Notes: a model not told the origin generated them from the sequence alone. 39,771 nucleotides of DNA from Octopus sinensis (GCF_006345805.1 NW_021835449.1:1-39771), one strand, 5' to 3'; shown: positions 10,895 to 23,733, counted from the stretch's first letter. A program made the numbers and translations.

Positions 10895-11055
10895 ATTTTC
10901 CTCTTCTACATGGTTCGGTCACTGGACTGCGGCCATGCTGGTGCACCAGCTTGAAGTGTTTAGTCGAACAAATCAATCTAAGTACTCCCTTTTTAAGTCT
11001 TGTGCTTATTCTATTGGCCTACTAAGTTACGGAGAAGTAGACAAACCAACACCAA
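10895..11055 (-). mobile_element. SINE family B-related 3' fragment
   Basis: gactgcggccatgctggtgcacc..tttagtcgaacaaatc..ctaagttacgg resembles the family B tail. Confidence 0.6.
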
Positions 11056-11143
11056 AAGTCAGGCAGTGATGAGGGAGAAACATAGCACAAACACAATGAC
11101 ACGCATGCGCTTCGATATAAACATACGAGGTAGTATCAATGAG

Positions 11144-11359
11144 ACTCTTTTACTCTTTTACTTGTTCCAGTCATGTGACAGTGGCCATGCTGGAGCACCG
11201 CCTTTAGTCGAGCAGATCGACCCCAGGACTTATTCTTTGCAACCCTAGTACTTATTCTATCGGTCTCTTTTGCCGAACCGCTAAGTTACGGGGACATAAA
11301 CACACCAGCATCGGTTGTCAAGCGATGTTGGGGGACAAACACACACAAACACACACACA

Positions 11360-11397
<38 letters not shown>

Positions 11398-11623
11398 TAT
11401 TTATATATATGTATACATATATATGTATGCATATATATATATACATATATACATATATGCGACGGGCTTCTTTCAGTTTTCGTCTACCAAATCCAGTCAC
11501 AAGGCTTTGGTTGGCCCAAGGTTATAGTAGAAGACACTTGCCCAAGGTGCTACGCAGTTGGACTGAATCCGGAACCATGTGGTTCGTAAGCAAGCTACTT
11601 ACCACACAGCCACTCCTACGCCT
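11144..11623 (-). mobile_element. SINE family B, full length (tRNA-like head, CORE-like ccttgggcaagtgtctt, internal TA/CA microsatellite, taaaagag tail)
   Basis: Reverse complement of the pattern seen at 35625-36030 and 39305-39720. Confidence 0.9.
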
Positions 11624-11649
11624 AGTTATGTTATGTTTTATTGTTATGT

Positions 11650-12382
11650 TTTATAAAAACTAACATATTTACCCAAGTTTTAACATCATCTCCTTCGAAA
11701 CTGTCACTTTGCGTTGCAATACACTGGTCTCAGTGTTACTTCCACTTTCGGAATACGGCCTGGAAGTCGTTTTCCGTTATCGAGTTGATATCCGTTATCT
11801 GCGATTCGCTCTGGATCTCGACAATGGTCTTAAAACGGAGACCTTTGAACAACATTTTCATCTTGGACGAGAGATGGAATCCGCAGGTGCTAAATCTGGC
11901 AAATAGGGCGGGTGTGGAAGCGACCATGTTACGTTTGGCGAAAACCTCTAGAGCTCGGTGAAAGTGCATTGTCGTTGTGAAGAATCCAGACGATAGAATT
12001 GCTTGCAAGGACCCATACGACAGACCAACAACATCAGCAATGTCGTTGATTGTCCTCCAACGATCCTCATGCACAAAATGGTGAATTTTCTCCACGTTTT
12101 TGGGGGTGACGCTATGGCAGATCTTCCAGAGACGGTCTTTTCGCTTTGTCGCGTCCGTGTCACGCGAAACATAGCGTACGACCCATTGTGTCGGTGCCGT
12201 AAGCTTGCCGAAGCATGCTCAATGTCTCTGTAGCAGACTTCCCAAGTTTAATACGGCGATGTCACTCGGCACACTGTCACACGAAGGTCACTGCTAGCTC
12301 TCACTGCGCACGCAGCCGTGTGCTGCCATCTATTGGCGTGCTACAGAACTAGTCCGAGAACAACTTTTGATACCGCTTCGTG
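11650..12382 (-). mobile_element. Internally deleted mariner element
   Basis: Minus-strand pieces: KLGKSATETLSMLRQAYG (N-terminus), EDRWRTINDIADVVGLSYGS (HTH), LHNDNA, HPPYLPDLAPADFHL (YSPDLAP motif), DQCIATQSDSFEGD (C-terminus). TIR-like cgaagcggtatcaaaagtt near 12380. Most of the DD34D domain is missing. Confidence 0.9.
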
Positions 12383-12388
12383 CATATA

Positions 12389-12419
<31 letters not shown>

Positions 12420-12459
12420 AATATATAAGACAGATGACAATATACAAAATACAGAATTA

Positions 12460-12527
12460 ATCGTAGACCGATTTCGCCATTAACGATTTTACTTACGTAA
12501 TTCTCGTCCGTGGACTCTCAGTACGAT
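12460..12527 (-). ncRNA. Decayed hammerhead-ribozyme-like motif (Penelope-type minimal type I)
   Basis: Minus strand: atcgta CTGA-GA gtcca..tggc GAAA tcgg TC tacgat. 6-bp stem I and a GUC triplet are present; N7 appears to be missing. Confidence 0.45.
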
Positions 12528-12640
12528 CGTTCTAATTCAATATAATTTGTAGAACTATACACTAGTTGTCCTTATAAACTTAGACATGTGCATAGTTCTA
12601 CCGATTACATTGGGGTTATTTTCAAATGTCTATGCGGAAT

Positions 12641-12710
<70 letters not shown>

Positions 12711-12711
12711 C

Positions 12712-12846
12712 CACGGGCTTCGTCTAATGTTCCACTCTGATCGGTCCGGGGTTATGGCACAAGGCACTTGTCTAAAATGCCGTTCAGTGGGACTAACCCC
12801 ATGACCACATATTTGGAAAGCAAAGCTTTTTTTACCATAGAGCCAC
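12712..12846 (-). mobile_element. SINE family B 5' half, diverged
   Basis: aaggcacttgtct..cagtgggactaacccc..tttaccatagagccac resembles the reverse complement of the family B head. Confidence 0.65.
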
Positions 12847-12919
12847 ACATGTGGGGCACAAAAACGATTGTAATATGAGATGGTGTGAAATTATTTGGAG
12901 TCTAACATGTGGATAAATG

Positions 12920-12951
12920 GACAGAGAGAAGGAAATGGCTGGAAGAGACGG

Positions 12952-12991
<40 letters not shown>

Positions 12992-13300
12992 GGAGGTGAG
13001 AGAGAGGAAGAGTAAGGGTAGGGGAAGTGAGATGTATATAGAGAAAGGGAGAAAAAGGATAGTGGCTAGTGAAAGATAGAGAGATAGAGAGGGAGGGAAA
13101 GAGAGGGGTGGCGTGAGATAGAGAGAGAGAGGGAACGAGAAAGAGGGAGTAGTAAGAGATAGAGAAAAGGAGGAGGATGGAATAAGAAGGAGAGAGAGAG
13201 AAAGAGAGAAAGTGGGAGAGAGAGAGGGAGAGATCGATAGAGACACAGAAATAGAGATAAAGAGAGAAACAGAAAGAGAAGGAGAGAAAAAAGGGAGAAG
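12920..13300 (+). repeat. Polypurine (GA)-rich tract
   Basis: Direct reading. Confidence 0.9.
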
Positions 13301-13680
13301 TGGTGTGGGTGGTGCGAGAGGGTAGAATCGGCTGCTATTTACTGTATATACAACATGTGACGGAATGGACCGAGGAAGAAAATGGAGAGGAAGATGTGTG
13401 TGTCTAGGAAATATGTGTGTGTGAATGTGTGTGTGTGTGTGTGCGTGTGTGTGTGTGTGAGTGCACAAAAACATATGCAATCACGTAAATAGAATTTTGT
13501 AATTAAATTTGAAAAAATTTCCTACAGCGCAATTGACTTTCTAAATTGACTTAGTAAAAGAGCCCAGCTTTCTGAATTAATCTGTCCGTCTGTCTGTCTG
13601 TTTGTATATCTACCTAGCTTGCTACCAACATACCTATCTACGTAATTACCTACCTACGTAATACCTCCCTACCTACCTCT

Positions 13681-13686
13681 CTATCT

Positions 13687-13744
<58 letters not shown>

Positions 13745-13809
13745 ATCTATCTATCTATCTACTATCTATCATCTATCTATCTATCTATCTATCTGTCTTT
13801 CTATCTATC

Positions 13810-13892
<83 letters not shown>

Positions 13893-13921
13893 GTCTGTCT
13901 ATCTATCTATCTATCTATCTA
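13681..13921 (+). repeat. (TATC)n array, 5' flank of the Tx1-like LINE
   Basis: Direct reading. Confidence 0.95.
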
Positions 13922-14126
13922 TTTATTGACGGATGTGATGTCGTTTCAGCTTCGAAGGTAATCATTTATTTTGACTATTTATAGGCCAATTTTTGTGTAG
14001 ATTTTTGCAAATAAGGTGTGTAAGGCAACCAACTTTCATTTGAGTGCTTTTCCAAGGGAGGAATTCGCCCCTAGGGGCAGTTTCGACCCCATTTCATTTC
14101 TGTTATTTTCTTCTCGACATTAGAAA

Positions 14127-15999
14127 ATGTCTAGAAATTTTATTGTTGAACGCTGGTCGCGTTCTTTTATGGAACAAAATTTTCCTAGTCTGGAAACGAC
14201 AGAGAAAAAAAGAACGTTCGCACGGAAATGCCAACGTGAAATTCGGTGAAAGGAACGCTGCAACCACGTGCGTTAACAGCCCTGTCACCAACCCACCACC
14301 ACCACCTAACAACAGCAACCACGAGACAACAACTGCTACCACCACCACCTCCACCACCACCACCACCACTACCACGACCAACATAAATGATAAAAATAAA
14401 ACTGAAACGAAAACTATTGACAAAACAACAGCAACACAAGAACAACAATAAAATGAACTATCTAATAGTGAAGATGCCAATACAAAAAAGTCAACAACAG
14501 TAAATTTCGCAGATATTCTTCGCCAGAAAAAGGAGATTGTTACATTCACAAATGAAGAGCTCATAGAAACAAGAGCTCTCTTTACAACCCGTGGACAAGA
14601 TTTAGTCCTGCATACACCTCAACTATAAAAACAAGAAATAGAAAATAAGACAATTGTATATAAAATTATTAGAAAAAACAAAAAAAACCAAATGAACAGA
14701 TTACAAAACTGATGTGGAGAAATGTTTAAAAAACATAATGAAAGAAAAAGAGTATATAAACTGGGGTCCCCAGTTTAACACAGTAGTGGTCCGCTTCCCT
14801 AACCAGGAAGTGGCAAGAGCTCACTCTACTGAGTCTCTGGGAAATGATGAAATCATCATGGTCCCTTATTATAAAAACCAGAGGGTGAGTAGAATTACTA
14901 TCAGAAATGTACCCCCCGATATGCCGAACAAATGGATAACAGGGGCAATCTGTTACCACTTGAAAAAGATCAATATTCTAGAAACAGCCGTGTACCTAAA
15001 CGACAATTGGGGTGGAAAAACAGTAGTTGTGACCATCCAGATTGAGGGGCCTCTATCGAGAGCCTACCCGACAAGATATACTTGGAGAATGGGCAATGCC
15101 TATATGTTATGGCAGAAGGCAAAAAGCCTAGATGCTACAAATGTGGCAGCCCCGAACATTTGATTGCCAAGTGCGATCTGGTACAGAAAAAACAAGAAAG
15201 AACAATTCAGAAAACAAATAAAATCCCTTTGTTGCCAACACCAACACCAACACACTCAATTATGGAACAACGCCAAGAAAAACAACAAACCAGCAAACAA
15301 ACCCCAACAACATCACCAAGAAAAACAGTACCAACACAATCACCGTTGACGTCACAACCAATTAAACTTGTTGAATCTTCAAAAAATCGACCCACACCCA
15401 CACCCAGGACGACAATTAAAAAGACAGAAAACACTGACGAGAAGACAAATGCTACCCCTAACACCACAAACAACACAAACACCGCACAAAACATCAACAA
15501 TTTATACAAGCATACATAGTGATCCTGTTCTTTTTCCTCTACCCCATACTGATACCTCGGACGACGAAAGTTTCGACGGAATGGCAAATAGTCACAGGGG
15601 GTAAAAGAAAAATCCAAAAAATCCACCAAACAAGGAATTAAAGCAGGGAGATATCTCACTCAGGACAACATTCCCCTAGACAATCAAAAAAGTAATGAAC
15701 CCGTAAAACCACACACACAACTAACTGCAATAGACACAGACAATAAAGAATTAATGGACTACATCAAATCTAACATGGTCGTCTGTGAAGATGATTTTAA
15801 GACAAACAATCATCCGCACACCACACCACCGAAACACATCAGAATTTTACACATAACACAAGCTCAACACCACATACTGAAAACATTATTTCCGAATGCG
15901 GTAGGCGGGTATCAACGATACCTGTCGAAAAAACTATACAAACACCTCATCAAAAACGATACAAAAGAAGAAGAAAAAAAAATGAAACTTTTAAAATGA
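14127..15999 (+). pseudogene. ORF1 (gag-like) of the Tx1-like LINE, frameshifted
   Basis: Zinc knuckle CYKCGSPEHLIAKC at 15133-15174. Upstream segment RVSRITIRNVPPDM resembles an RRM-like strand. The start position is uncertain. Confidence 0.75.
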
Positions 16000-16064
16000 G
16001 TAAGTGACCTCACTTCTTGCCTCTTGTCTCTTCTAATATAGTGTGTAAAACACAATTTTCGTAA

Positions 16065-19000
16065 ATGTCAAGTATGCTTAAATTAGGTTGTGTGAATGCG
16101 CGTGGCTTGGCGTCGGCTGGAAGCAAGGTTACCTTCTAAACGACATCAAGTCACTGGACGTGGATATAGTAGCTATCAGTGAAACCAGACTCAGTAAGCC
16201 GCGGGCCCTCGAGTCCATGTTTGGCAATCAATTTGACATTTATTTTTCTCCCGGTCTGCCGAACATGGGTGGTGGAGGTACTGCGGTGCTTTTTCGAAAG
16301 AGTCTAAAGGTAAAAGTAAGAGCAATATTCCTAGACCCCGGGGGGTAGGCTGGTTGTCTTGGACGTGGATGGCAGAAATGGGTGTGCATTCCGTCTGATG
16401 GCAGTTTATGCACCGTCCTTAACGGTCGGGCGGCGGATTTCTTCAGACGTCTAGAGGTTTTCCTGGTACGTCTAGACCTTTACTGTTAGTAGGGGATTGG
16501 AACGCTACCTTGGACACGCATCTAGATTATGTGGGAAGGGATAGGAATAGAAGGGGGTGTAAGAGCCTCAAAGACCTGCTCAGACGTTTCCATTTGTCTG
16601 ACAGGTTCCGACTCGACCATCCGAACGTGCCAACGTGGACTTGGACAAACCGCGTCGGATCGTCGAGATCTTATCTAGATAGAATTCTATGCAGGACAGC
16701 AGATAGGATAGTGTAGGATGTCCAAATTTAAAATAGTCAGCTACACAGATCACAAATTTGTTACGTGTACGCTCGACTTAGATAAAACACATAGGCAGGG
16801 TCCCGGTTACTGGAAACTGAACACGTCGCTGTTAGCGCGACAGGTTTACAGGAACCGGATTAGCGAGTTAATTAAGAGGGCGCTGACGAGCGGTCGTTAA
16901 CAACCGCTGGTGGTACGCCCTGAAAATGGCAATAAAATCGGAATCAATTAGGTTTAGCAAGGAATTAGCGATAGAACGAAATAGAGTAGAGGGAGACTTA
17001 GTTAAGAAACTAGAAGAGGCACTTACCACTGGCAGCGCAACCTAACGTGCTGGCTGCGAGGATGGCCCTCGACAAACACCTCAACGCCAAGCACGAAGGT
17101 TGCGTCGTCAGAGCTAAAATGCGTGCCTTAAGGAACGAAGGGATTGAAGCTGCGCGAGAGGCCCGGGTAGCGGAGGCGCAGCGTGGCAACAGATCAACCA
17201 TTCGGTCTCTAATAGATCAACAGGGATGCAGTTTACTCGAACCCGAAAGGATGTGTGAGGCCTTTCAACAGCACTTTGCTCGACTGTTTGGTGCGAGTGG
17301 TGGGTCGGAACGAGGGATGGATTTCAGTGCCTACCTGACCGACCTGCCGCGGCTTCGGCAAGAGAGCGGAGTGTTGTGAAGTCCCATCACAGCTGCTGAC
17401 GTGTGGGATGCGATGGCGGCTGCGCGAGGGATAAGTCGCCTGGATTGGATGGTTTACCCTACGAGCTGTATTGTCGAATGCCAGACTTGTTTGGCGACCT
17501 CTTGGCATCAGTCTACTGCAACTGGCAACAAAACGAGAGAATCCCCGTTTCGTGAGCCGAGGTGCAGTGACGTTGCTGAAGAAAGACTCAACAAGGGGAT
17601 TTTATAGATAATTTCAGGCCCATCACTCTGCTCAACGCAGATTTGAAAATTTGGCCAAAGTAATAGCCGAGAGGTTGGCGCTTGTCATTGGTAAACTGGT
17701 CGACAGGGCGCAAACATGCGCCGTGCCGGGCAGAACCATACATGACAACCTCCATCTGATGCGCTACATTGTGGACAGGGTAGTTAAGGATCCTGGCTGG
17801 GTGGGCGCTGATAAATTTGGATCAGTCTAAAGCCTTCGATAGGGTCGACCATCGGTACTTGGCGGCCGTCCTCAGGGCGGCTGGCTTCGGTCCCGTCTTC
17901 CGCGGTTGGATCGCTGCCTTGTATAGCGGCATCCGATCGGTGATTCGGGTGAACGGTCACCTGTCGAAACCGTTTGACATCACGCGTTCGGTCCGTCAGG
18001 GGTGTCCCCTGTCGGCGCTTCTGTATGTATTGACTCTCGAGCCGCTAATGCGGAAGCTGGCGACACTGAGGGGCATCCCACGGGAACTGGGTTGCGGGAC
18101 GAGCGTGTCGGCATATGCGGACGATGTCACCGTCATAGTGTCGAGCTAAACCACACATCGAACTGGTCGGCGAGACACTAAGAAAATATGAAACGGTGAC
18201 GGGAGCAAGATTAACCCGGAAAAGTCAGTGGGTTTGCTACTCGGCACCTGGAGAAGCAAGCCCATGCCGTCCGACTGCGGCTCAGTAGTGGGACGCTGGA
18301 CGGACGGACCGGTTAAATTGCTCGGGGTCTGGTTCAGTCCGGACCTCCAAATGGATAAGAACTGGGACGAGATCACGAGTAGAGTGGTCGCTCTCAGCCA
18401 AACATGGCAGAGAGAAAGCTGTCTCTAAAAGGCCGGGCGGAGGTGCGAACGCGTACATCGCATCCGTCATCGATTACCGCCTGACCGTCGTACCTTGTCC
18501 CGACGCCACCATCACCAAACTGGAACGCATACTCTTCCGCTTCCTGTGGAAGGGTGGTGTTCCGATGGTGAGGAAGTCCATTTGCTGTCAACATCCGTTG
18601 AATGGAGGACTGGGCATGCCGTGGTTGATGATGCGCAGGCATGCGCTGAGACTGCGACATCTCTGGAAATTCATCGACGACGGTGAACAGGTGTGGGCGC
18701 CGTTTGTGAGGCGCGACTTCCCGCAGCTCGTCTCACTGACCGAACTGCAAACGTGGATCAAAAAGAGACCGAAACTGGCGATTGGCACCCGAGAGTGTCG
18801 CCAAGCTCTACAGCAGCTCTGCCGACCGGGGTCAAACTTGTGCAACTTCCAACGACTAAAGCGTTCTATAGAGGACTAGTGGAGGGGAGGTCCGACGACA
18901 CACTCGGGGCAAACCTGGGCGTCGACGAGAATTCCTAACCCGCCTGTTCAGGACGACGTTCGGGCCGGGGCCTATGGATAACTTCCAGAAATCCCTGGCT

Positions 19001-19498
19001 TGGCAGTGCTATCGAGACGCACTACCTGTTCGAGAGAAGAGCTACAGACACGGTTCGAAAACCATCACCGGACCGACCTGCCCGAGATGCAGTCAGAGCG
19101 ACGAAACCGTTCTGCACGCACTCGTGCAGTGTCCAGATATTTCAGAGCTGTGGTCCTTCGTCGAACAGCTGTTGTCACGTGTAGGTCAGGCTCGCCTATC
19201 GGCCGAGTCTATCGTGAATATTGTTCCACCACCTTCCTTTAAACGGGAAGGGAAAACGGTTTTCGTTACGCTGATGGCTATGGCGAAAGAATGTGTGTGG
19301 TGGACGCGTTTGAAAGGACTGCAAACAAACACCTTCCTCTCTGGTCTGTCTCTCGTCAACTTTTTCAAGTACCACTTGAAAAGGAGGATGAGAATAGAGA
19401 GGAAGGCTTTGTCGAACGAATGTTTTAATAAAAAGTGGGTAAAAGTGGCAAAAATGGTCAGTATGAAAGACAACACTATTTTAAGCATAAATCTGTAA
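16065..19498 (+). pseudogene. ORF2 (AP endonuclease, reverse transcriptase, C-terminal Cys/His finger), disrupted
   Basis: APE motifs: NARGL, DIVAISET, GDWNA, YLDRIL, TDH, GPGYWKLNTSLL. RT motifs: SPGLDG, NFRPITLLNAD, KAFDRVDH, SVRQGCPLS, YADD at 18114-18125. Finger: CPRC..HALVQC. Confidence 0.95.
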
Positions 19499-19795
19499 CC
19501 AAAAGAGACAACGAGAAGTGAGGCGACTTACTCATGTTTCTTTTTCGAACTGTCTGAGGTGACCTTGGTCTTTTTTGTAGGTTTTTCTTTCCAAGGCTAC
19601 ACCTAACTGTGAACCTTATATATATATATAATATTGCTTTTTTATACACCACACAACCCACAGATCCCTATTGATCAACATTTTTTTTTTTTTTTTTTTG
19701 CCCCCCCATCCACCCACCTCGAAAAGAAAAAATTCTACATTGTATTTCGTCCATTTTTATTCTGTGTTTAGCCTGTGTGGCTACAATAAAAAAGT

Positions 19796-19817
19796 TATCT
19801 ATCTATCTATCTGTCTG

Positions 19818-19887
<70 letters not shown>

Positions 19888-19943
19888 GTCTATTTCTATC
19901 TATCTATCTATCTATCTATCTATCATCTATCTGTCTGTCTATC

Positions 19944-20017
<74 letters not shown>

Positions 20018-20018
20018 C

Positions 20019-20060
<42 letters not shown>

Positions 20061-20079
20061 AGACAGACAGATCTGTCTG

Positions 20080-20138
<59 letters not shown>
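19796..20138 (+). repeat. (TATC)n array, 3' flank of the Tx1-like LINE
   Basis: Direct reading. Confidence 0.95.
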
Positions 20139-20328
20139 CCTTTTATTTTATTCAATTTTTTTTTTTGTTTTTGTTCTTTTCTTCTCTTTTACGATCCCTC
20201 TTGATCGAAAACCTACGCCACCCCTTTTTCTTTTCTTTTGTTTTTTGTTCTCTTCATCCCCCAAAAGAAAAGCTCTACCTTGTAACTTGTCCCATCTGTG
20301 TGCAGCCCTGTGTGGCCAATAAAGAAAC
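20139..20328 (+). mobile_element. 5'-truncated 3' UTR copy of the TATC-associated Tx1-like family
   Basis: aaaagaaaagctctac..cagccctgtgtggccaataaagaaac then ttatcta; homologous to 19722-19795. Confidence 0.8.
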
Positions 20329-20701
20329 TTATCTAAGGTTTTCTCAAACCTTTTATAATGTGATACAAGTCTTTGGTGTAGCAATTGCACGCGGCTGAAG
20401 AAGGCTTTTGATTTATCTGTTATATCGAGATTATGCATTGATGTAAGAATAAGTTGTTCTATAAAGCCCGAAACATATGTACCGCAACATCCTTTGCGTC
20501 CTGTTTTTTTTATTTATTTCATTTGATACATATATCTATCTATCTATTTATCTATCTATGTCTCTCTCTGGCAGCCTTTTGTGACATCACTGTCTATTTA
20601 CTATATTTCAAACCTAATCCTGTTTACCTGAACACGGAACAACGAGGCTCGGAAGCAAGTTTCTTATAACAGAGACACGCCTAATAATTAATTTATTAAA
20701 T

Positions 20702-21304
20702 TACTAGCAGTATCGCCCGGCGTTGCTCGCGTTTGTAAGGGAAATAACTATATAAGCATTTTTAGAGAGTTATAGCCAAAAAATAGCAAAAAAATGCATT
20801 AAAAATGGAAAAAAAATGATGGTAAATTTTTTTTAAATCGTTGACTCATCGTAGACATTTTTAGAGAGTTACTTCCCTTATATAATAGCGAAAAAATGCA
20901 TTAAAATGGAAAAAATATGATGGTAATTTTTTTCAAAAATCGTTGACTCATCGTTGATATTTTTAGAGAGTTACTTCCCTTATATAATAGCGAAAAAATG
21001 CATTAAAATGGAAAAAAATGATGGTAAATTTTTTTTTAAATCTTTGACTCACCGTAGACATTTGTAGAGAGTTACTTCCCTTATATAATAGCGAAAAAAT
21101 GTATTAAAATGGAAAAAAATTATGGTAATTTTTTTTTTAAATCGTAGACTCATCGTAGACGCGCGCTAATACCCAGAAGGGCTCGATATGAATCACAACT
21201 ATAAGATACCCGGTTTTGGTTAAACTGCACCGCAAAATGTGGGAGTAGTTAGGAATCTAAATCGTAGGAGACAGACACACAACTTCACTTTTATATATAA
21301 AGAT
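20702..21304 (+). mobile_element. Helentron-associated (HINE/DINE-1-like) non-autonomous element with four ~101-bp internal tandem units
   Basis: Starts tactagcagtatcgcccggcgttgctcg and ends agacagacacac..cttttatatataaagat in a T-rich site. Units start at about 20757, 20856, 20958 and 21059. Confidence 0.75.
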
Positions 21305-21435
21305 TTATTGTGTTTTTTCTAATGCGTGTGATCCCTTGTTCCGTGCTAAAAATGAATATCATAAGATCGGTCCTTGGTGTAAAAATGTGTTTTAAACGAT
21401 TAGCAAAACGTATAGTCATTTGCTACATACTCCTA

Positions 21436-21696
21436 TACTCTTACTCTTTTACTCTTTTACTTGTTTCAGTCATTTGACAGTGGCCATGCTGGAGCACCGC
21501 ATTTAGTCGAGCAAATAAGACCCCGGGACTTATTCTTTTTGTAAGCCCAGTACTTATCTATCTATCGGTCTCTTTCTTTTGCCGAACCGCTAAGTGACGG
21601 GGACGTAAACAAACACCAGCACGGTTGTCAAGCAATGCTAGGGGGACAAACACAGACACACAAACATATACACACACATACATATATATTTTATAT

Positions 21697-21755
<59 letters not shown>

Positions 21756-21899
21756 ATATATATATATATATATACAATATATACGACAGGCTTCTTTCAG
21801 TTTCCGTCTACCAACCACTCACAAGGCATTGGTCGGGCGGCCCGGGGCTATAGCAGAAGACACTTGCCCAAATGTCACGCAGTGGGACTGAACCCGGAA
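21436..21899 (-). mobile_element. SINE family B, head truncated
   Basis: Matches the other family B copies along its length. Confidence 0.9.
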
Positions 21900-22716
21900 A
21901 TTTCCTATGGAAATTTTCAAATATTTATTCATTAATTCATTTCTCAGGCATCTTGGACAATACATATTTATTTGTAAGTATATATGTTTAGCTTCGATTT
22001 TAGTGAAAAAGAAGTAAAAAAAACCCACTTGTAAAAAAATCTATGGAACTGCCCGTTGTTGCGCACAACAACTCGTTAATATTCGCTACTGCTCGTTACT
22101 ATCCGTCACTATTCGTCGCTGCTCGCTGTAGCTCAGCATTGCGCGGACCTTCATGTTACTTGACGCATGTGTTACTATACACAAATTTATACATCAATCA
22201 CATTAGACTTTAAAGCTTATGAATTAAACATGGTTTTAGTGCATGACCTTATGCCGAACAGAAAACGGGGTGCTCTAGACAATCTTGCATAGTTTATTGT
22301 CTAAAACTTAAACCATACTCGTACATTACAACTACGTTTCTTGACTGTGTCAGCCATTAGAGTTGCATATAGAGACGTGTGTGTGTGTGTGTGTGTGTGT
22401 CTGTACCTACCTACCTACCTGTTTATTTATCTACATACATATTACATACCATACGTACATAACTAGCCACCTAACATGTATGCTTATAAAAACAAACATA
22501 CATACATAGCTATCTTTCGATATAAAAATATAGACAAACACATACACACGTACACACACATATGCGCATATGAACAAAAGTATGAACTTTTCAGCACACC
22601 TCATTATATATAATATATATATATATATATCACACACACACCACACACATATAATATATATATGTATATATATATTATATATATATTATTATCTATATAT
22701 ATATATATATATATAT

Positions 22717-22752
<36 letters not shown>

Positions 22753-22772
22753 GATATATATATATATATATC

Positions 22773-22803
<31 letters not shown>

Positions 22804-23443
22804 GTATAAAAATGTGTTGTATATATATATGCATATATATATATATTATGTATATATATATATGCAAGTATAAAATATATTAGAAATATTTTATGTATAT
22901 GTATATATACATATATATGTATATATATATATATACATATATATATATACACATATATACATATATATGCATATATATATAAATATATATATGTATATAT
23001 ATATATAATACATACATCACCCCACCACACACATATATATGTATATATATATATATATATGTAATGCGTGTGTGCGTGCGTGTATATAAACTATGCAAGC
23101 ATGTATGCAAGCGGCTATCTGATAATTTAAGATCGTTTATTATTTATGTGTGTTGTGTGTCTGTGTGTATATTGTGCTGCGTGTGTGCTGCTGCTACTGT
23201 GTGTGTGTATGTGTGTTTTGTGCGGCTGTTTTTTCAGTATATCGACACTCAGATTCTTGCGACACACCATCGATAAACAATGTATGTCAAACACGGACGC
23301 TCCTTTATACGAGATGTCGACATCTAAAAGTACAAGAAAACGGGCAAGAAAACATCTGTTTACTTGTGTAAAGTATACCTGTGTGTATTTATATGTATAT
23401 ACGTGTATCTAAAAATATTGTGTGTGTTTGTGTATGCATTATA

Positions 23444-23485
<42 letters not shown>

Positions 23486-23692
23486 ATCTATAATAATATA
23501 TATTTACGTATATATATGTTGTGTGTGTGTTGTGTGGTGTGCGTGTGCGTGTGTTGTTTGCGTGTAAATTGTTTACAATGTCAAGGAATCCCAAGTAACT
23601 CGCCAAAGATCTAATTTCAATCAAAGTATATATTTGTATATATATATATATATATTCTATATATATATATATATATATAATAGATATATATA

Positions 23693-23733
<41 letters not shown>

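Larger units (their letters stand above)
13922..19795 (+). mobile_element. Apparently full-length, decayed Tx1/L1-group non-LTR retrotransposon inserted in (TATC)n
   Basis: 5' UTR, ORF1, ORF2 and a 3' UTR ending aataaaaaag. (TATC)n lies directly on both sides. Many frameshifts and stops. Confidence 0.92.

Noticed and set aside
14061-14084. 12-bp palindrome gcccctaggggc in the LINE 5' UTR as part of an HDV-like ribozyme
   Set aside because: I could not assemble the nested double pseudoknot by eye; only a simple hairpin is supported.
16065-19498. Active autonomous LINE
   Set aside because: ORF2 is broken into many short frames by stops and frameshifts, unless these are consensus errors in the assembly.
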